Positions 52,710 to 63,292 of a stretch of DNA of 64,000 nt are shown here, one piece after another. Made by a program: the position numbers and the translations under genes. Position 1 is the stretch's first letter; every line of letters starts with the position of its first letter. Below the pieces are notes generated by a model. The model was given only the letters and a program-made list of their open reading frames with translations, did no database searches and had not been told where the DNA came from. Origin of the DNA: Lentisphaeria bacterium (GTDB taxonomy: Bacteria > Verrucomicrobiota > Lentisphaeria > JABSQK01 > JAWLHB01); contig JAWLHB010000009.1 in assembly GCA_041690595.1 (NCBI GenBank), positions 62,001 to 126,000 of the forward strand. Direction: 5' to 3'.

Positions 52710-53165
52710 ATGACCGAACACGAAGCGACAACTCCAGCACACAGCGCGAGCTTTCATCCACATATCACGCCGCTCAAGGTCTACATCCTGGTCGGAGCAA
52801 CCCTCTTCCTGTTGACCGGCGTCACGGTCTGGGTAGCGCAGTTTCACCTCGGCACCGTCGGCAACCTGATTGTGGCGATGACGGTGGCGACCATCAAGGC
52901 CACGCTGGTTGCCTTGTTCTTCATGCACCTGCTCTACGACAACAAGCTCTACCTTGTAGTCTTTCTGTCGGCGCTGCTCTTCCTGAGCATCTTCATCAGC
53001 ATGACCATGATGGACACCATGCGGCGCGACGACCTCTTCAGATATGAAGAAATGCCCGCCGCCATCGGCACCTCGCTGACCCTGGAAGAGCCGACGTCGC
53101 CCGAAGAAGCCGCCGCGACCGACAAGACAGGCAGTGAGCCGGCCGAGACTCCAGCCAATCCGTGA
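52710..53165 (+). CDS. coxD: Cytochrome c oxidase subunit IV (caa3-type)
   Basis: LFLLTGVTV, KATLVALFFMHL. Confidence 0.88.
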   Translation: MTEHEATTPAHSASFHPHITPLKVYILVGATLFLLTGVTVWVAQFHLGTVGNLIVAMTVATIKATLVALFFMHLLYDNKLYLVVFLSALLFLSIFISMTMMDTMRRDDLFRYEEMPAAIGTSLTLEEPTSPEEAAATDKTGSEPAETPANP

Positions 53166-53186
53166 GCAAAGAGCAGCGCCCTGCCC

Positions 53187-53717
53187 TCACGCCCTGATCT
53201 GGACGCGGCAGCCAAGACACGTTGCCACCCAGAGCAGCTCGATGTCCCCGTCTGCCATGGCCACGCACCCAGCCGTTCCGGAACGGCCGATGCCCCCCCC
53301 GTGCAGTCCGATTTCCCCACCGAGCCCAGTGTACCAGTTGGGCACGCCGCCCGCGGCAAGCGGCTCGACTATCGAGCGATAGCCGGCCTCGTCCAGATCC
53401 CCTCGCGCGAGGGCCGCCGCCGCATCGTCGGCGTTCGGATAGCTGAGTCCCAGGAAGAGGTGAAAGCGACTCTCGTCATTACGGTAGCAAATCGTGTACT
53501 CCCCTTCCGGCGTTCGTTCATCGCCCTCCCGCTGCTTGTGCCCCAGTCCGTTGCGCCCAACGATGACCGGCAGCTCCGCCAGACACTGCTCCCCCAGCAG
53601 GATCCGCAACCGCCGACGGCCCTTCTCCACCAGCAAGGAAACCATGGTCGAATCGATGGAGCGACTCCCGCACAGGCTCTTCCATCGGGCTACTGCCTCT
53701 GTGTACTGCATCATCAC
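53187..53717 (-). CDS. L,D-transpeptidase (YkuD) family protein
   Basis: KQREGDERTPEGEY, LSYPN..D, IGLHGG...TAGCVA. Confidence 0.88.
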   Translation of the reverse strand: MMMQYTEAVARWKSLCGSRSIDSTMVSLLVEKGRRRLRILLGEQCLAELPVIVGRNGLGHKQREGDERTPEGEYTICYRNDESRFHLFLGLSYPNADDAAAALARGDLDEAGYRSIVEPLAAGGVPNWYTGLGGEIGLHGGGIGRSGTAGCVAMADGDIELLWVATCLGCRVQIRA

Positions 53718-56700
53718 CGAATATCCCGTAGCTTTCGATAATACTCGTTGACGACATCCTTCTCCTGCGTCGTCAGACGCTCGCGGACCTCCTGGTACAT
53801 CGACATGCGCGCCTCCCGTTCAGTCGGCGAAAGCGGCTCACCGGATGGCGGGTCCGTCGTCTGAAGTGCCTCGACACGAACGGCTTCGGTTTCCGTCGGA
53901 GCGGGTTGTTCATTGCCATTATCGCGAGAGTCCCGCTCACGAGCGGCGATTGGCTCTTCAGCCTCACCGTCAATCGGATCGACTGGAAGCGGCTGAGTCG
54001 GATCGTTGCGCCCGAAATCGACATCCGCTCCGCTCCTGACCTGATCCGTCGCCTCCGCATCGCCGAGAGCGTCCCGCGTCGTCGTCTCGATGTCATCCGG
54101 AACGACGTCCAGATCCTCGGCTGACCTTACGACGCCGACACCTGGGGAGGCGTCATGACTCCGCGCCCCAGCTCCGCTGGAATCGCCCGCCTGTTGACCT
54201 TGACCCGCCTGTTGACCTTGACCCGCCTGTTGACCTTGACCTGCCTGTTGACCTTGACCTGCCAGTTGACCTTGACCTGCCTGTTGACCTTGACCTGCCT
54301 GTTGACCTTGACCTGCCTGTTGACCTTGACCTGCCTGTTGACCTTGACCCGCCTGTTGACCTTGACCCGCCTGCTGACCTTGACCCGCCTGTTGACCTTG
54401 ACCCGCCTGTTGACCTTGACCTGCCTGTTGACCTTGACCTGCCTGTTGACCTTGACCTGCCTGTTGACCTTGACCCGCCTGTTGACCTTGACCCGCCTGC
54501 TGACCTTGACCCGCCTGTTGACCTTGACCCGCCTGTTGACCTTGACCCGCCTGTTGACCTTGACCCGCCTGTTGACCCTGCCCCGCCTGCTGACNNNNNN
54601 NNNNNNNNNNNNNNNNNNNNNNNNNNNNNNNNNNNNNNNNNNNNNNNNNNNNNNNNNNNNNNNNNNNNNNNNNNNNNNNNNNNNNNNNNNNNNNCTTCTC
54701 CAGGCTGACCTTCTCCAGGCTGACCTTCTCCAGGCTGACCTTCTCCAGGCTGACCTTCTCCAGGCTGACCTTCTCCAGGCTGACCTTCTCCAGGCTGACC
54801 TTCTCCAGCCTCCTGACCTTCTCCAGCCTCCTGACCTTCTCCAGCCTCCTGACCTTCTCCAGCCTCCTGACCATCGCCAGCCTGCTGACCCTCGGCGGCT
54901 TGCGGCCCCTCGCTGTCAGGCTGAGATGAATCGGGCTCAGGCGCTTCGGGAAGGTCAGATTGGTCGGGTTCGTTATCCTGATCTGGCGGGTCAGGCCCAG
55001 CAGGCGGAGCATTGTTGGCGATCAGATCATCCGCGGGAGGCTCTTCCTGCTCGTCTTCTTCCGGCGGTCGTTCATCTGGATCACCGGCCAGCAGCGCTTC
55101 GACATCTTCCGGCGAGTCTGGCTCCTCTTCGGGCGGAGGGTCAGCGAGGTCGGCAAGCTGGTCAGCCAAGGGCCTGTTATCGGCGGCGTCGAGATCATCC
55201 GGCGACGTTCGACGAAGAACGCTTTCCCAGAACTCGCGCCTCGCCAATTCAGGGGCGGCCTCAGGGGCGGAGGGTGGCGGCGGCAGCAGCAGGTGGTGAA
55301 TGGCGGAGACGGTGACCTGTGGCGGTGTGGCGTCATCCACCATGGCGACGCAGAAGCCGAGAAGCTCGCCCCTGCGTTCGGCAAACGTGTCGGCCGACAG
55401 CAGCATGCGACTGGTAACGCGCTCTTCACCGGGCACCATGGCGAATGGCAACTCACGAACGACGCGCAGATCGTAGAAGTCGCTGACCAACAGGTATGCA
55501 CGGCGGATTCGGCCATCATCCTGACCGGTGGCGGCAATGACCACCGTTTCCGGCACATCGACCAGATCCGTCTGATCGATGGGAAGCTCGAGCGAAACGA
55601 CCGGCGGCTGATCAGTCAGCACGGCAATATCAAAGGATTCGCCACGCCGTATGCCACCGCGGGCAAGCTGCCAGTAGACAGTGAAGGTCTCTGCCTCCTG
55701 AAGGAGTATGCGAGCCTGCCAGTGACCGTCGACGGGGCCCGGACTAAGCGCGAGCTCGCCCCCGCGCTCGCGGCCGATTCCAAGGGACTCGAGGGGGCAT
55801 GCCGCCTGGGCGATGGTGAAGGTGACCAAGCTGCCGGCATGCACTGCGGGAGTCCCCTCCTGCCAGGAGAGTCGTCGCTTGGTGGCCGTCTCCGGCGACT
55901 GGGCCTCGACGCTGATCATGCGCACCGGGTGCTCGGGATAGACGGCATAATCGATCGGCGGAGAGGTGAAGCCTGCCGATCGCAAGCGCAAGCTGACCGG
56001 CCTCTCCGGCATGGTGACGACACCGGAAAAGGCGGTGGCCGACTGACCGATCTGGTCGAGATCGACGCGGCTGACGGCATTCCCTTGAGTCAACTCCAGA
56101 TACGGCGGCTCGGGAGGTGGCTCGGCGAGGACGATCCGCACCGGCAGCTCCTCGCCCTTCTCAAGCCACACGTAGGTGGGCATGAACTCCACGACCCGCA
56201 GTGGTTGCAGTTGCGGCTGATGGAAAAGGACCTGCCCGAAACGGACAAACTTGCTGGTCAGCGGCCGCGGCGTGATCGTCAGAAGCGTAATGACCATCGC
56301 GGCGGCCAGCAGGAGGATGGTCGGCGGCCACCAGGGAATGCAGACCGGACGGCATGCATCGCGTTCCGGAAGCATGGACTGGAGCCGACGCGTGAGAACC
56401 GCGCGCGCGGCATGCCAGCGTCTGTCGGTCGTCCGTGCACAGAGCCAGGCATCATACGTTCGCGCCGCCGCGGGGAATCGGGCAGTGAGATTGTCCCGTA
56501 TCGCTTTGTTCAGCGTTTCAAGGCGGCAACTACGCCAGGCGCCACGAACGCTCACCGGAAGCCAAACGCCAAGGGTCAGCCAGAGCAGCAAGGTCGCCCG
56601 CCAACTGAAATCGGGGCCGGTGATGGCCAGATTGAGCACCAGCACCATGAGAAGAAGGCCGGTGACGGCCATGCCGATCCACCAGCCAACGACGAGCAGT

Positions 56701-56771
56701 CGCAGATGGAGGACCATGCGCCGCTGGTACTGTTGGGCTCTGGGTGTTCTCCTGAGGGACATGACATTCAC
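53714..56771 (-). CDS. Large membrane-anchored protein with Ig-like region, acidic Pro-rich linker and long Gly/Gln repeat tract (DUF4175-like architecture); spans the assembly gap
   Basis: GTG start overlaps upstream stop, own stop overlaps the LDT start; TDQPPVV and ATGQDDGRI motifs; C-terminal VVNEYYRKL; the frame change falls inside the arbitrary 100-N gap. Confidence 0.7.
54186..54594 (-). repeat. Coding tandem repeat, 18-nt unit (GQGQQA), at least 22 copies
   Basis: cctgttgaccttgacccg / cctgttgaccttgacctg units running into the gap. Confidence 0.95.
54595..54694. other. Scaffold gap (100 N)
   Basis: Run of n between two tandem-repeat tracts. Confidence 1.
54695..54890 (-). repeat. Coding tandem repeats: 15-nt unit (PGEGQ) about 7 copies and 18-nt unit (AGEGQE) about 4 copies
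   Basis: cttctccaggctgac and cttctccagcctcctgac units. Confidence 0.93.
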
Positions 56772-58855
56772 CTGGCGGGCTCTTCATGCAGACGGCGTTC
56801 GATGGTCCATTCCAGCGCCACTACTAGAAATGCGATGACGGCCAGAAGCAACTCGCGTTGACGGTTTCGCTGGCGCACGGGCGGGCGGGGAAGGTCGATG
56901 TCGAGGGGGCGGATCATGGCGCGCAGGACAGGCGCCGCCTCGCCGGCAAAGGCAAAGCGCTTGGGCTCTCCGGCAAGCGCGCGCAGGATGTCCGGTTGCG
57001 GAGCCGTATCGAGGATTTCGGCGCCGTCACCGGAAGCAACGATTGGGCGGCGCTCGCTGCGCCACGCGTCACCCCGGTGGATGGCATGGGCCTGAAGATA
57101 GATGGCCGCGGGAAGCTCATCGGGAAGGGGGAGATCGTAGGTAAAAGCGTCGCCATCTCGTGTAAGAGGCAGCGTACGTGTCTCCTCGCCGATGGTGATC
57201 TCGAGGCTGGTCTCCTGCAACCCTGCAAGTGCGGCCAGATCGCGCGGCTGAACCCGGATAATCGCGGCGACCTCCGGATCATCGCTCTCGATCGTCTCGA
57301 GGAGAAGGGGTTGACGCTCCCCCTGCTCGCCGAGAAGCCAGGCGAACAGGACGTTCCAGAAGAGACGATACTGGTACCGCACGGCAGCTTCAGGATGCAT
57401 CGCCCACTTCCACGTCGTATCGCCGAGCATCACCAGGCGAGCGGGTGCGGCGGGATCATCGGCAGCGACAAGGGGATAACGCTGCTGCCCGACCTGCGCC
57501 TCGAAGAGCGTCATCGTACCACTTCGCAGGCGAGCCAGGCCGACGAGATTCAACTCGAGCGCGCTGAAGTCGAGACTATGAAAGGCGGGCAGGCGGTTTC
57601 CACTGGCGACGGCGATGCCGGCGGGCGTGCCAAAGCGGTCGGTCATGTCAAGCTCGCCCAGAAGGTTCTCCACGGGCAGCTCATCCAACTGCCCGATCCA
57701 ACTGGACAGACTGCCCGTGCCAAGCAGCATCACCGGCAGCTCGCGACTGGAGATGGCTCGACGCAGCGGAAGCGGCAGTTGTGACGGATCCGTTTCGCTC
57801 AGCACAACCAGCCGACAGGAGGCAAGGTTGACTGCGGCCAACTCGGCACTGCCGGCCTGCAGAACCGAAATCCGGTCGCCATACTCCGCCTGAAGGGTGC
57901 GAACAAGATGCAGATTTTCCCGCCGGGGACGGCTGTAGACGAAGAGGAGGCGATTGGGCGGCGTGACCCGATAGACGGCAAGCTGGCGGTTGTTGCGCGT
58001 GGTCACCTCCCCGGCAACCGGTACGATCCGAGCCTCAGCGACATGCCAGCCGTTGGCGGTTTCCGGCAACCTGAAGCTCAGCCGCTGCCTGCTGCCGGAA
58101 ACCACCGCCTGGGTGGAGACCGGCCGGCCGTCAACCCGCAGTTCGACCATGACTTGGGGCACGCTTTCGCCGTAACTGTCAACCGTGACCTCGGCATGCT
58201 GGGGATTGAGCGGCAGGCTGTCAATAGAGAGAAGACGCGCATCGAAAAGGTTGGCGTCACGCTCGACGGTGCAGATCGCGGCCAACTCCAATCGACGATT
58301 GGCCATCCAGTCGCGCAGGTAAGCGGGCGGCAAACCGTCACTGCCGGCACCGTCGGAAATGACGAGGATGCGGTCGCTGCGAAAGCGGCTCAAGGCCATG
58401 CTGAGTGCCCGGTTGAGATTGGTGGAGTGGGTCTGAAGGCTCTTTTCGTCGGCCTCGGGCACGAGATTACCGGCAAAGAGCAGGTGCTGAACGTTGGGGG
58501 GCGGCTCCGCGCTGCCGATCAGGTGGTCCAGCTGTAGCTGAAGATCTTCCGCGGTCTGCCGCCTCGACTTGCCATTGCCGGCGGCATACTCCATGCTCAG
58601 GGACCGATCATGCAGGACGAGGAGTCGCGGCGGTTGAGAATCGCCCTTGCGGGGCGAGCGCTCCTCGCGGTAGTCGAGAAACGCCGTGTGCAGCAGGAAA
58701 GCAAGAACGATCAGGGCTGTCAGGCGAAGACAACCCGCCAGTAGTGCCACGGGATGCCGCGACCCTCGCCAGAGCAGCAGGACACCACGTGCGAACATGA
58801 GCACGAGCAGCGCGGTGAGGAGAGACAGCACCCAGATGGCATGATTCTGAATCAT
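56768..58855 (-). CDS. Membrane-anchored vWA-domain protein with CARDB/GATase-like regions
   Basis: N-terminal TMs, LHDRSLSM (DxSxS), STNL, VISDG, GEVTTRNN, TTWKW, C-terminal ALEWTIERR; ATGA overlap at 58852-58855. Confidence 0.78.
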   Translation of the reverse strand: MIQNHAIWVLSLLTALLVLMFARGVLLLWRGSRHPVALLAGCLRLTALIVLAFLLHTAFLDYREERSPRKGDSQPPRLLVLHDRSLSMEYAAGNGKSRRQTAEDLQLQLDHLIGSAEPPPNVQHLLFAGNLVPEADEKSLQTHSTNLNRALSMALSRFRSDRILVISDGAGSDGLPPAYLRDWMANRRLELAAICTVERDANLFDARLLSIDSLPLNPQHAEVTVDSYGESVPQVMVELRVDGRPVSTQAVVSGSRQRLSFRLPETANGWHVAEARIVPVAGEVTTRNNRQLAVYRVTPPNRLLFVYSRPRRENLHLVRTLQAEYGDRISVLQAGSAELAAVNLASCRLVVLSETDPSQLPLPLRRAISSRELPVMLLGTGSLSSWIGQLDELPVENLLGELDMTDRFGTPAGIAVASGNRLPAFHSLDFSALELNLVGLARLRSGTMTLFEAQVGQQRYPLVAADDPAAPARLVMLGDTTWKWAMHPEAAVRYQYRLFWNVLFAWLLGEQGERQPLLLETIESDDPEVAAIIRVQPRDLAALAGLQETSLEITIGEETRTLPLTRDGDAFTYDLPLPDELPAAIYLQAHAIHRGDAWRSERRPIVASGDGAEILDTAPQPDILRALAGEPKRFAFAGEAAPVLRAMIRPLDIDLPRPPVRQRNRQRELLLAVIAFLVVALEWTIERRLHEEPAR

Positions 58856-60909
58856 GGTTGCCTCCGGCCTTGCCATATCCGCCATAGCATTACGGCTTCC
58901 AGCGCGAGCGCGATCAGCAACACCAGGCCGGCCAGTGGTCCGAGGTCATAGGTGCGAGCTTCCGCCTGATGATCGCGGTCGCCAAGGCGCACGACCGCCT
59001 GCCCGTTCACCAGCGCCATGGGATCGTACCACACAACCCGAGTATTCGGCCGGGCGCGTGCCCACTCCTCCCGGCTCGCCAGGCGCGGATCCGATTCGCG
59101 AGGATAGTTGGCCGGGCGACTACTTGTCGTGCCATCCTCCACCAGCCGATAGATCCCCGCGGCGTCAATCGGCAGAAAACGCTGCTCGCCATGCTCGACC
59201 CGCACATCCAGCCGCTCCCCTTGCGGCGTCATCAGTTCACCGTCAATACGGTTACGCTCAAACCAGATCCCTACGGAAACGGACTCGCCAACGAGCGCCT
59301 CCAGGCTCTCCTGGCTCGCCTGTGCGGCCGAATGGAGCAGACGCGCAACGAGCAGCGGAAAGAGGGGGTGGAACATCGGACTGCCGTCCCGCAGGTTGAG
59401 CGGTACCTGGATCAGGACAAGCTTGCCGCTCCCCTCTGTCTGCTCGACACGCACGAGCGGCCTGCCATCCCGCGTTGCCAGGACAATGTCGCTCTGCTGC
59501 CGCCCCTCGTCTACCGGCGCATACAGGTTGACCGGCATGTCGGCAAGGCCGCTGAGGATCAGCTCATCGAGTCCCGGCACCGGCAGACGCCGCGGCTCGA
59601 TGACCTGTAGTGGCCGTGCGTTCGCCGCCTGCAGCTCCTCGACTGGCCGCCAGTGCGGGTACCAGGGCAACTTGGGCGGGCCGTGAGCGGAGTCTCCGGC
59701 ACTGGGGAAGCAAAGGATCGTCGCCCCCTGGTCGTACCGGTCCTGCAACCAGCGGCCGACGGAAGATGGCGCCTCATCGCCAATGCAGATGATCACTGGC
59801 GCGGGCGGCAGCTGCCTCGCCATGGTCGCACCGGCATCGACATGCTGGATCGGCATGGCGGGGAATCCAGCCTGCAGGATCGCCGTGATGAGATTGTCGG
59901 CAGTGATGCCGGGTGGATCCGGTTGACGTACGATGATGGCCGAATCGAGTGACCGGCCTTGGCGGGCAATGCGAAACCAGAAGCGATGCCAGGGATGATC
60001 GACTTCATCAACAACGGCGAGTTCAAAGACGGTGTCAGGTGGGCTCTCGGGCAATGCCAGTTGCGCCCATCCGCGCAGGGCGTCGTGGGGAGTCAAGGTG
60101 TAGCTTCGCGATTGCGTCTGCTGCCAGAGCAGCATCAGCTCTCGTCCTGCCATGCGATCCGGGTTCCCCTGCAGCCGCACCTGCACCAAGTTGGCGTTGT
60201 CATGCGTGACCTGATCGATGTAGATCTCATGGCGATGGGAGGAAGTATCGAGAAAATGAACGGGGAGCGGCTGCTGGAGATCCGTGTCGGGCGTCAGATC
60301 CTGCCAGAGTTGCAGAGAGCGGGGAGCGGCAACAAGAATACATCCCAACTCTCCGCCAAGGTCGGCGGCAAGGCGCTGCAGAGCCAGAGCCGCCTCACCT
60401 CGCCGCGGCAGGATGCGATAGGTGTCGAGCGCGCGCAGCGCCTCCTGCCGCGACATGGGCATGGAAGGAAAGGGACAGGTGGTGGAGATGAGACGAAAAT
60501 GGGTGGTGGCAGGAAAACTCTCGATCTGCCGCGTCAACCAGGCGCGACTGAGATCGAGGCGGCTGCCATGGACGGTGCCGTGCAGTGCACTGAGGCTGTC
60601 GTCAATCAGAATACCAACCTGAGCAGGCGGCTGCCGCATGCCTTCCGCGAACGGCAGCGGCAGAGAGCGTCGAGTACGCACGAAAGGCTGCGAAATGATG
60701 AGTACCAGGGCGACCAGCATGGCGAGGCGGGCGATCAGCAGCAGCAACTGCTGCATCTGGAGACGGCGATTGAGCTTCTGGACCCGAACGAAGAGGCGCA
60801 GCGAGGGCACTATCTGCACCTGCTGGCGACGCCGGCGGAAGTGAAGGTAGAGCGGCCAGGCAATCGCGGCCAGGCCAAGCAGCGCACCGCCGAAAAGGAA
60901 GCCTGCCAT
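58852..60909 (-). CDS. BatA-like N-terminal domain plus vWA protein
   Basis: LLGLAAIAWPLYLH...PSLRLF...LLLLIARL...QP; ILIDDSLS; HPLFPLLV; GIYR; ANYP.ESD; C-terminal TM. Confidence 0.8.
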   Translation of the reverse strand: MAGFLFGGALLGLAAIAWPLYLHFRRRRQQVQIVPSLRLFVRVQKLNRRLQMQQLLLLIARLAMLVALVLIISQPFVRTRRSLPLPFAEGMRQPPAQVGILIDDSLSALHGTVHGSRLDLSRAWLTRQIESFPATTHFRLISTTCPFPSMPMSRQEALRALDTYRILPRRGEAALALQRLAADLGGELGCILVAAPRSLQLWQDLTPDTDLQQPLPVHFLDTSSHRHEIYIDQVTHDNANLVQVRLQGNPDRMAGRELMLLWQQTQSRSYTLTPHDALRGWAQLALPESPPDTVFELAVVDEVDHPWHRFWFRIARQGRSLDSAIIVRQPDPPGITADNLITAILQAGFPAMPIQHVDAGATMARQLPPAPVIICIGDEAPSSVGRWLQDRYDQGATILCFPSAGDSAHGPPKLPWYPHWRPVEELQAANARPLQVIEPRRLPVPGLDELILSGLADMPVNLYAPVDEGRQQSDIVLATRDGRPLVRVEQTEGSGKLVLIQVPLNLRDGSPMFHPLFPLLVARLLHSAAQASQESLEALVGESVSVGIWFERNRIDGELMTPQGERLDVRVEHGEQRFLPIDAAGIYRLVEDGTTSSRPANYPRESDPRLASREEWARARPNTRVVWYDPMALVNGQAVVRLGDRDHQAEARTYDLGPLAGLVLLIALALEAVMLWRIWQGRRQP

Positions 60910-61013
60910 CTACTCTGATCCCCTGCGTGTGGCGGTTGTACCTCACCGTGCTGACGAAGGCAGCCTCGCAGCCAATGCGCGGCATCACACCATACCCATT
61001 GCCGACTGCCGCG

Positions 61014-62255
61014 TCAACCGCTCTTCGCGCGCAGGGCACGCACACGCTGCAGAACGGGAGGATGACTGTACTCGAGGAATACCTTGGCCGGATGTGGCGT
61101 CAGATCGCTGGAATTATCGACGCTCAGCTTCTTGAGCCCGTCAATCAGGGCTTCCGGTTTGCCGAAAGTGTCGGCGGAGTAGGCATCCGCCTCGAATTCG
61201 AATCGGCGGGAGAGAGCATTGGTGACGATGCCGATGACGGTAGCAATGGGAGAATAAAGGAAGCCGATAAAGAAGAGGCTGGCGTAGATGGAGGTCCGCT
61301 CCATGCGAAAGGCGGCGAACAAACCTTCGTTCTCGATGAAGAGGGAGAGCAGGAAGAAGAGCAGCGCCGTGGTGAGCGCCGAAATGAAAAGAAGCTTGTG
61401 GATGTGTTTCTTCTTGAAGTGGCCCATCTCGTGGGCAAGGACAGCCATCAGCTCATCGACCGTGTGCTTTTCAACGAGTGTGTCGAAGAGGACGATGCGG
61501 CGATAACGGCCAAAACCGGTGAAATAGGCATTGGCCTTGGTGCTGCGGCGGGAACCATCCATCGTATAGATGCCACTGAGCTGAAAGCCCTGACGTCGGG
61601 CGTACTCCTCGATGGCGTGGCGAAGCTCGCCTTCCGGCAACGGCTCGAACTTGTTGAACAGCGGCATGATCACCAGAGGCGCAAGATAGAGGATGACCAG
61701 TTGCAGAAGCATGACCGCGGCCCAGGCGTAGATCCATGCCGCCTCCCCTGTCTTCAGAAAGAACCAGATGACGACGGCGAGCAGGATGCCCCCGATGATT
61801 GCACCCAGAAGCAGCCCCTTGAGCTGGTCGGTCAGGAAGGTACGCCAGGTCATCTTGTTGAAGCCGAACTTCTGTTCGATGCCGAAGATGCTGTAAAGGG
61901 AAAACGGCAGACCAACCAGATAACTGAGCACCGCGATGATGCCGGCGAAGATCAGGCCGGTGAGTATCTCGCCCGTGGCGACGCTCCGGGCAAGCCGATC
62001 CGCCCAGTTGAAGCCGCCGAGGAGAATGAAGGCAATGACCAGCGGCAGCATGATCGTCTCGCGCAGCAGGTGAAAGCGGGTCCGGACGCCCTGGTAGCGG
62101 CGCGACGTGGCATACTTCTCTTCGTCGAGTACGTCACGGAATTCTTCCGGAACCTGGGGGGAGCCGTGGCGCAGATTGAGCCACTCCACCACGACGTCGA
62201 CCAGGTAGTCGCCGACCAGGATAAGCAGCACCAGAATGAGGTAAACGTTGATCAT
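61014..62255 (-). CDS. M48 family (Ste24/CAAX-like) membrane zinc metallopeptidase
   Basis: EQKFGFNK, PLFNKF, DGSRRSTKANAYFTG, AHEMGH, FEFEAD, YSHPPVLQR; ATGA overlap with rnhB. Confidence 0.93.
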   Translation of the reverse strand: MINVYLILVLLILVGDYLVDVVVEWLNLRHGSPQVPEEFRDVLDEEKYATSRRYQGVRTRFHLLRETIMLPLVIAFILLGGFNWADRLARSVATGEILTGLIFAGIIAVLSYLVGLPFSLYSIFGIEQKFGFNKMTWRTFLTDQLKGLLLGAIIGGILLAVVIWFFLKTGEAAWIYAWAAVMLLQLVILYLAPLVIMPLFNKFEPLPEGELRHAIEEYARRQGFQLSGIYTMDGSRRSTKANAYFTGFGRYRRIVLFDTLVEKHTVDELMAVLAHEMGHFKKKHIHKLLFISALTTALLFFLLSLFIENEGLFAAFRMERTSIYASLFFIGFLYSPIATVIGIVTNALSRRFEFEADAYSADTFGKPEALIDGLKKLSVDNSSDLTPHPAKVFLEYSHPPVLQRVRALRAKSG

Positions 62256-62932
62256 GAGGTGGCGCCGGCTTCCTGTTGGCAGATGAAGGGCAGGTCTGCC
62301 TGAACCGGCGTCTGAAAGAAGTCGCTGACCGGACGGAAGCTGCGACGGTGTATCGGGCAGGGGCCGAGGGCCATCAACGCCTCCACATGCGCCGGCGTGC
62401 AATAGCCCTTATGCTGAGCGAAACCATATCCCGGATACTGCCGGTCATACTCCACCATCAGGCGATCCCGGTGCACCTTCGCCAGGATACTGGCCGCGGC
62501 GATCGACGCGCACTTCGCGTCTCCCTTGACGATGCTGCGGCTCGGCGACGGCAGCCCCCGTACCGGACTTCCATCGACCAGTATGAAGTCAGGCTCTACA
62601 ACCAGCGCAGCCTGCCGCATGGCCATCCAGGTGGCTTGCAGGATATTGACCCGGTCGATCATCCCGTGGTCGACAACCGCAATGCCATAGCGTACGAGTG
62701 GATTTGCGGTAAGCGCCGCATGCAGGAACTCCCGCACCTCCGGCGTCACCTGCTTGGAATCGTTCAGCCCATCGAGCTCGAGGTCGAGGGGAAGACAGAC
62801 GGCCGCGGCCACGACAGGACCGGCCAGCGGACCGCGCCCTGCTTCGTCAATGCCTGCCACGCACCGGTAGCCGGCGGCGGCAGCCAGGTGGGCATAGAGA
62901 TAGAGAGAAGCAGGGGCGTCCGGCAAATCCAT
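62252..62932 (-). CDS. rnhB: Ribonuclease HII
   Basis: GIDEAGRGPLAGPVVAAAV, LNDSK, VKGDA, IAAASILAKV, HKGY, IHRRSF. Confidence 0.97.
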   Translation of the reverse strand: MDLPDAPASLYLYAHLAAAAGYRCVAGIDEAGRGPLAGPVVAAAVCLPLDLELDGLNDSKQVTPEVREFLHAALTANPLVRYGIAVVDHGMIDRVNILQATWMAMRQAALVVEPDFILVDGSPVRGLPSPSRSIVKGDAKCASIAAASILAKVHRDRLMVEYDRQYPGYGFAQHKGYCTPAHVEALMALGPCPIHRRSFRPVSDFFQTPVQADLPFICQQEAGATS

Positions 62933-62938
62933 GACTGC

Positions 62939-63292
62939 TTACTTCGCGCCGCGCATCTTCTCCTTGATGCGTGCGGCCTTGCCGACACGCTCGCGAAGGT
63001 AGTAGAGCTTCGCCCGGCGAACGTCGCCGCGCATGCTCACTTCCACCTTGGCCACGTGGGGCGAATGCAGCGGGAAGACGCGCTCGATGCCTTCACCATA
63101 GGCAACTCGACGGACCGTGAAGGTCTCGTTCACGCCCGTGCCCTTGCGACCGATGACGGTGCCGGGGAAGACCTGAATGCGCTCCTTCTCACCTTCGCGG
63201 ATCAGAACATGAACGCGAACGGTATCACCGACGTTGAATTCCGGAACATCCGTCTTCTTCTGCTCTTGAGTAATTTTTTCTACGACGTTCAT
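62939..63292 (-). CDS. rplS: 50S ribosomal protein L19
   Basis: [42 protein letters not shown]. Confidence 0.98.
   Translation of the reverse strand: MNVVEKITQEQKKTDVPEFNVGDTVRVHVLIREGEKERIQVFPGTVIGRKGTGVNETFTVRRVAYGEGIERVFPLHSPHVAKVEVSMRGDVRRAKLYYLRERVGKAARIKEKMRGAK

Noticed and set aside
54186..54890. Tandem repeats as a possible CRISPR array
   Set aside because: No unique spacers, unit lengths are multiples of 3 and in frame within a CDS; no cas genes.
53714..56771. Apparent frameshift or pseudogene (two ORFs 54153-56771 and 53714-55012)
   Set aside because: The frame change falls in a 100-N placeholder gap; both ends are coupled to neighbours, consistent with one intact gene.
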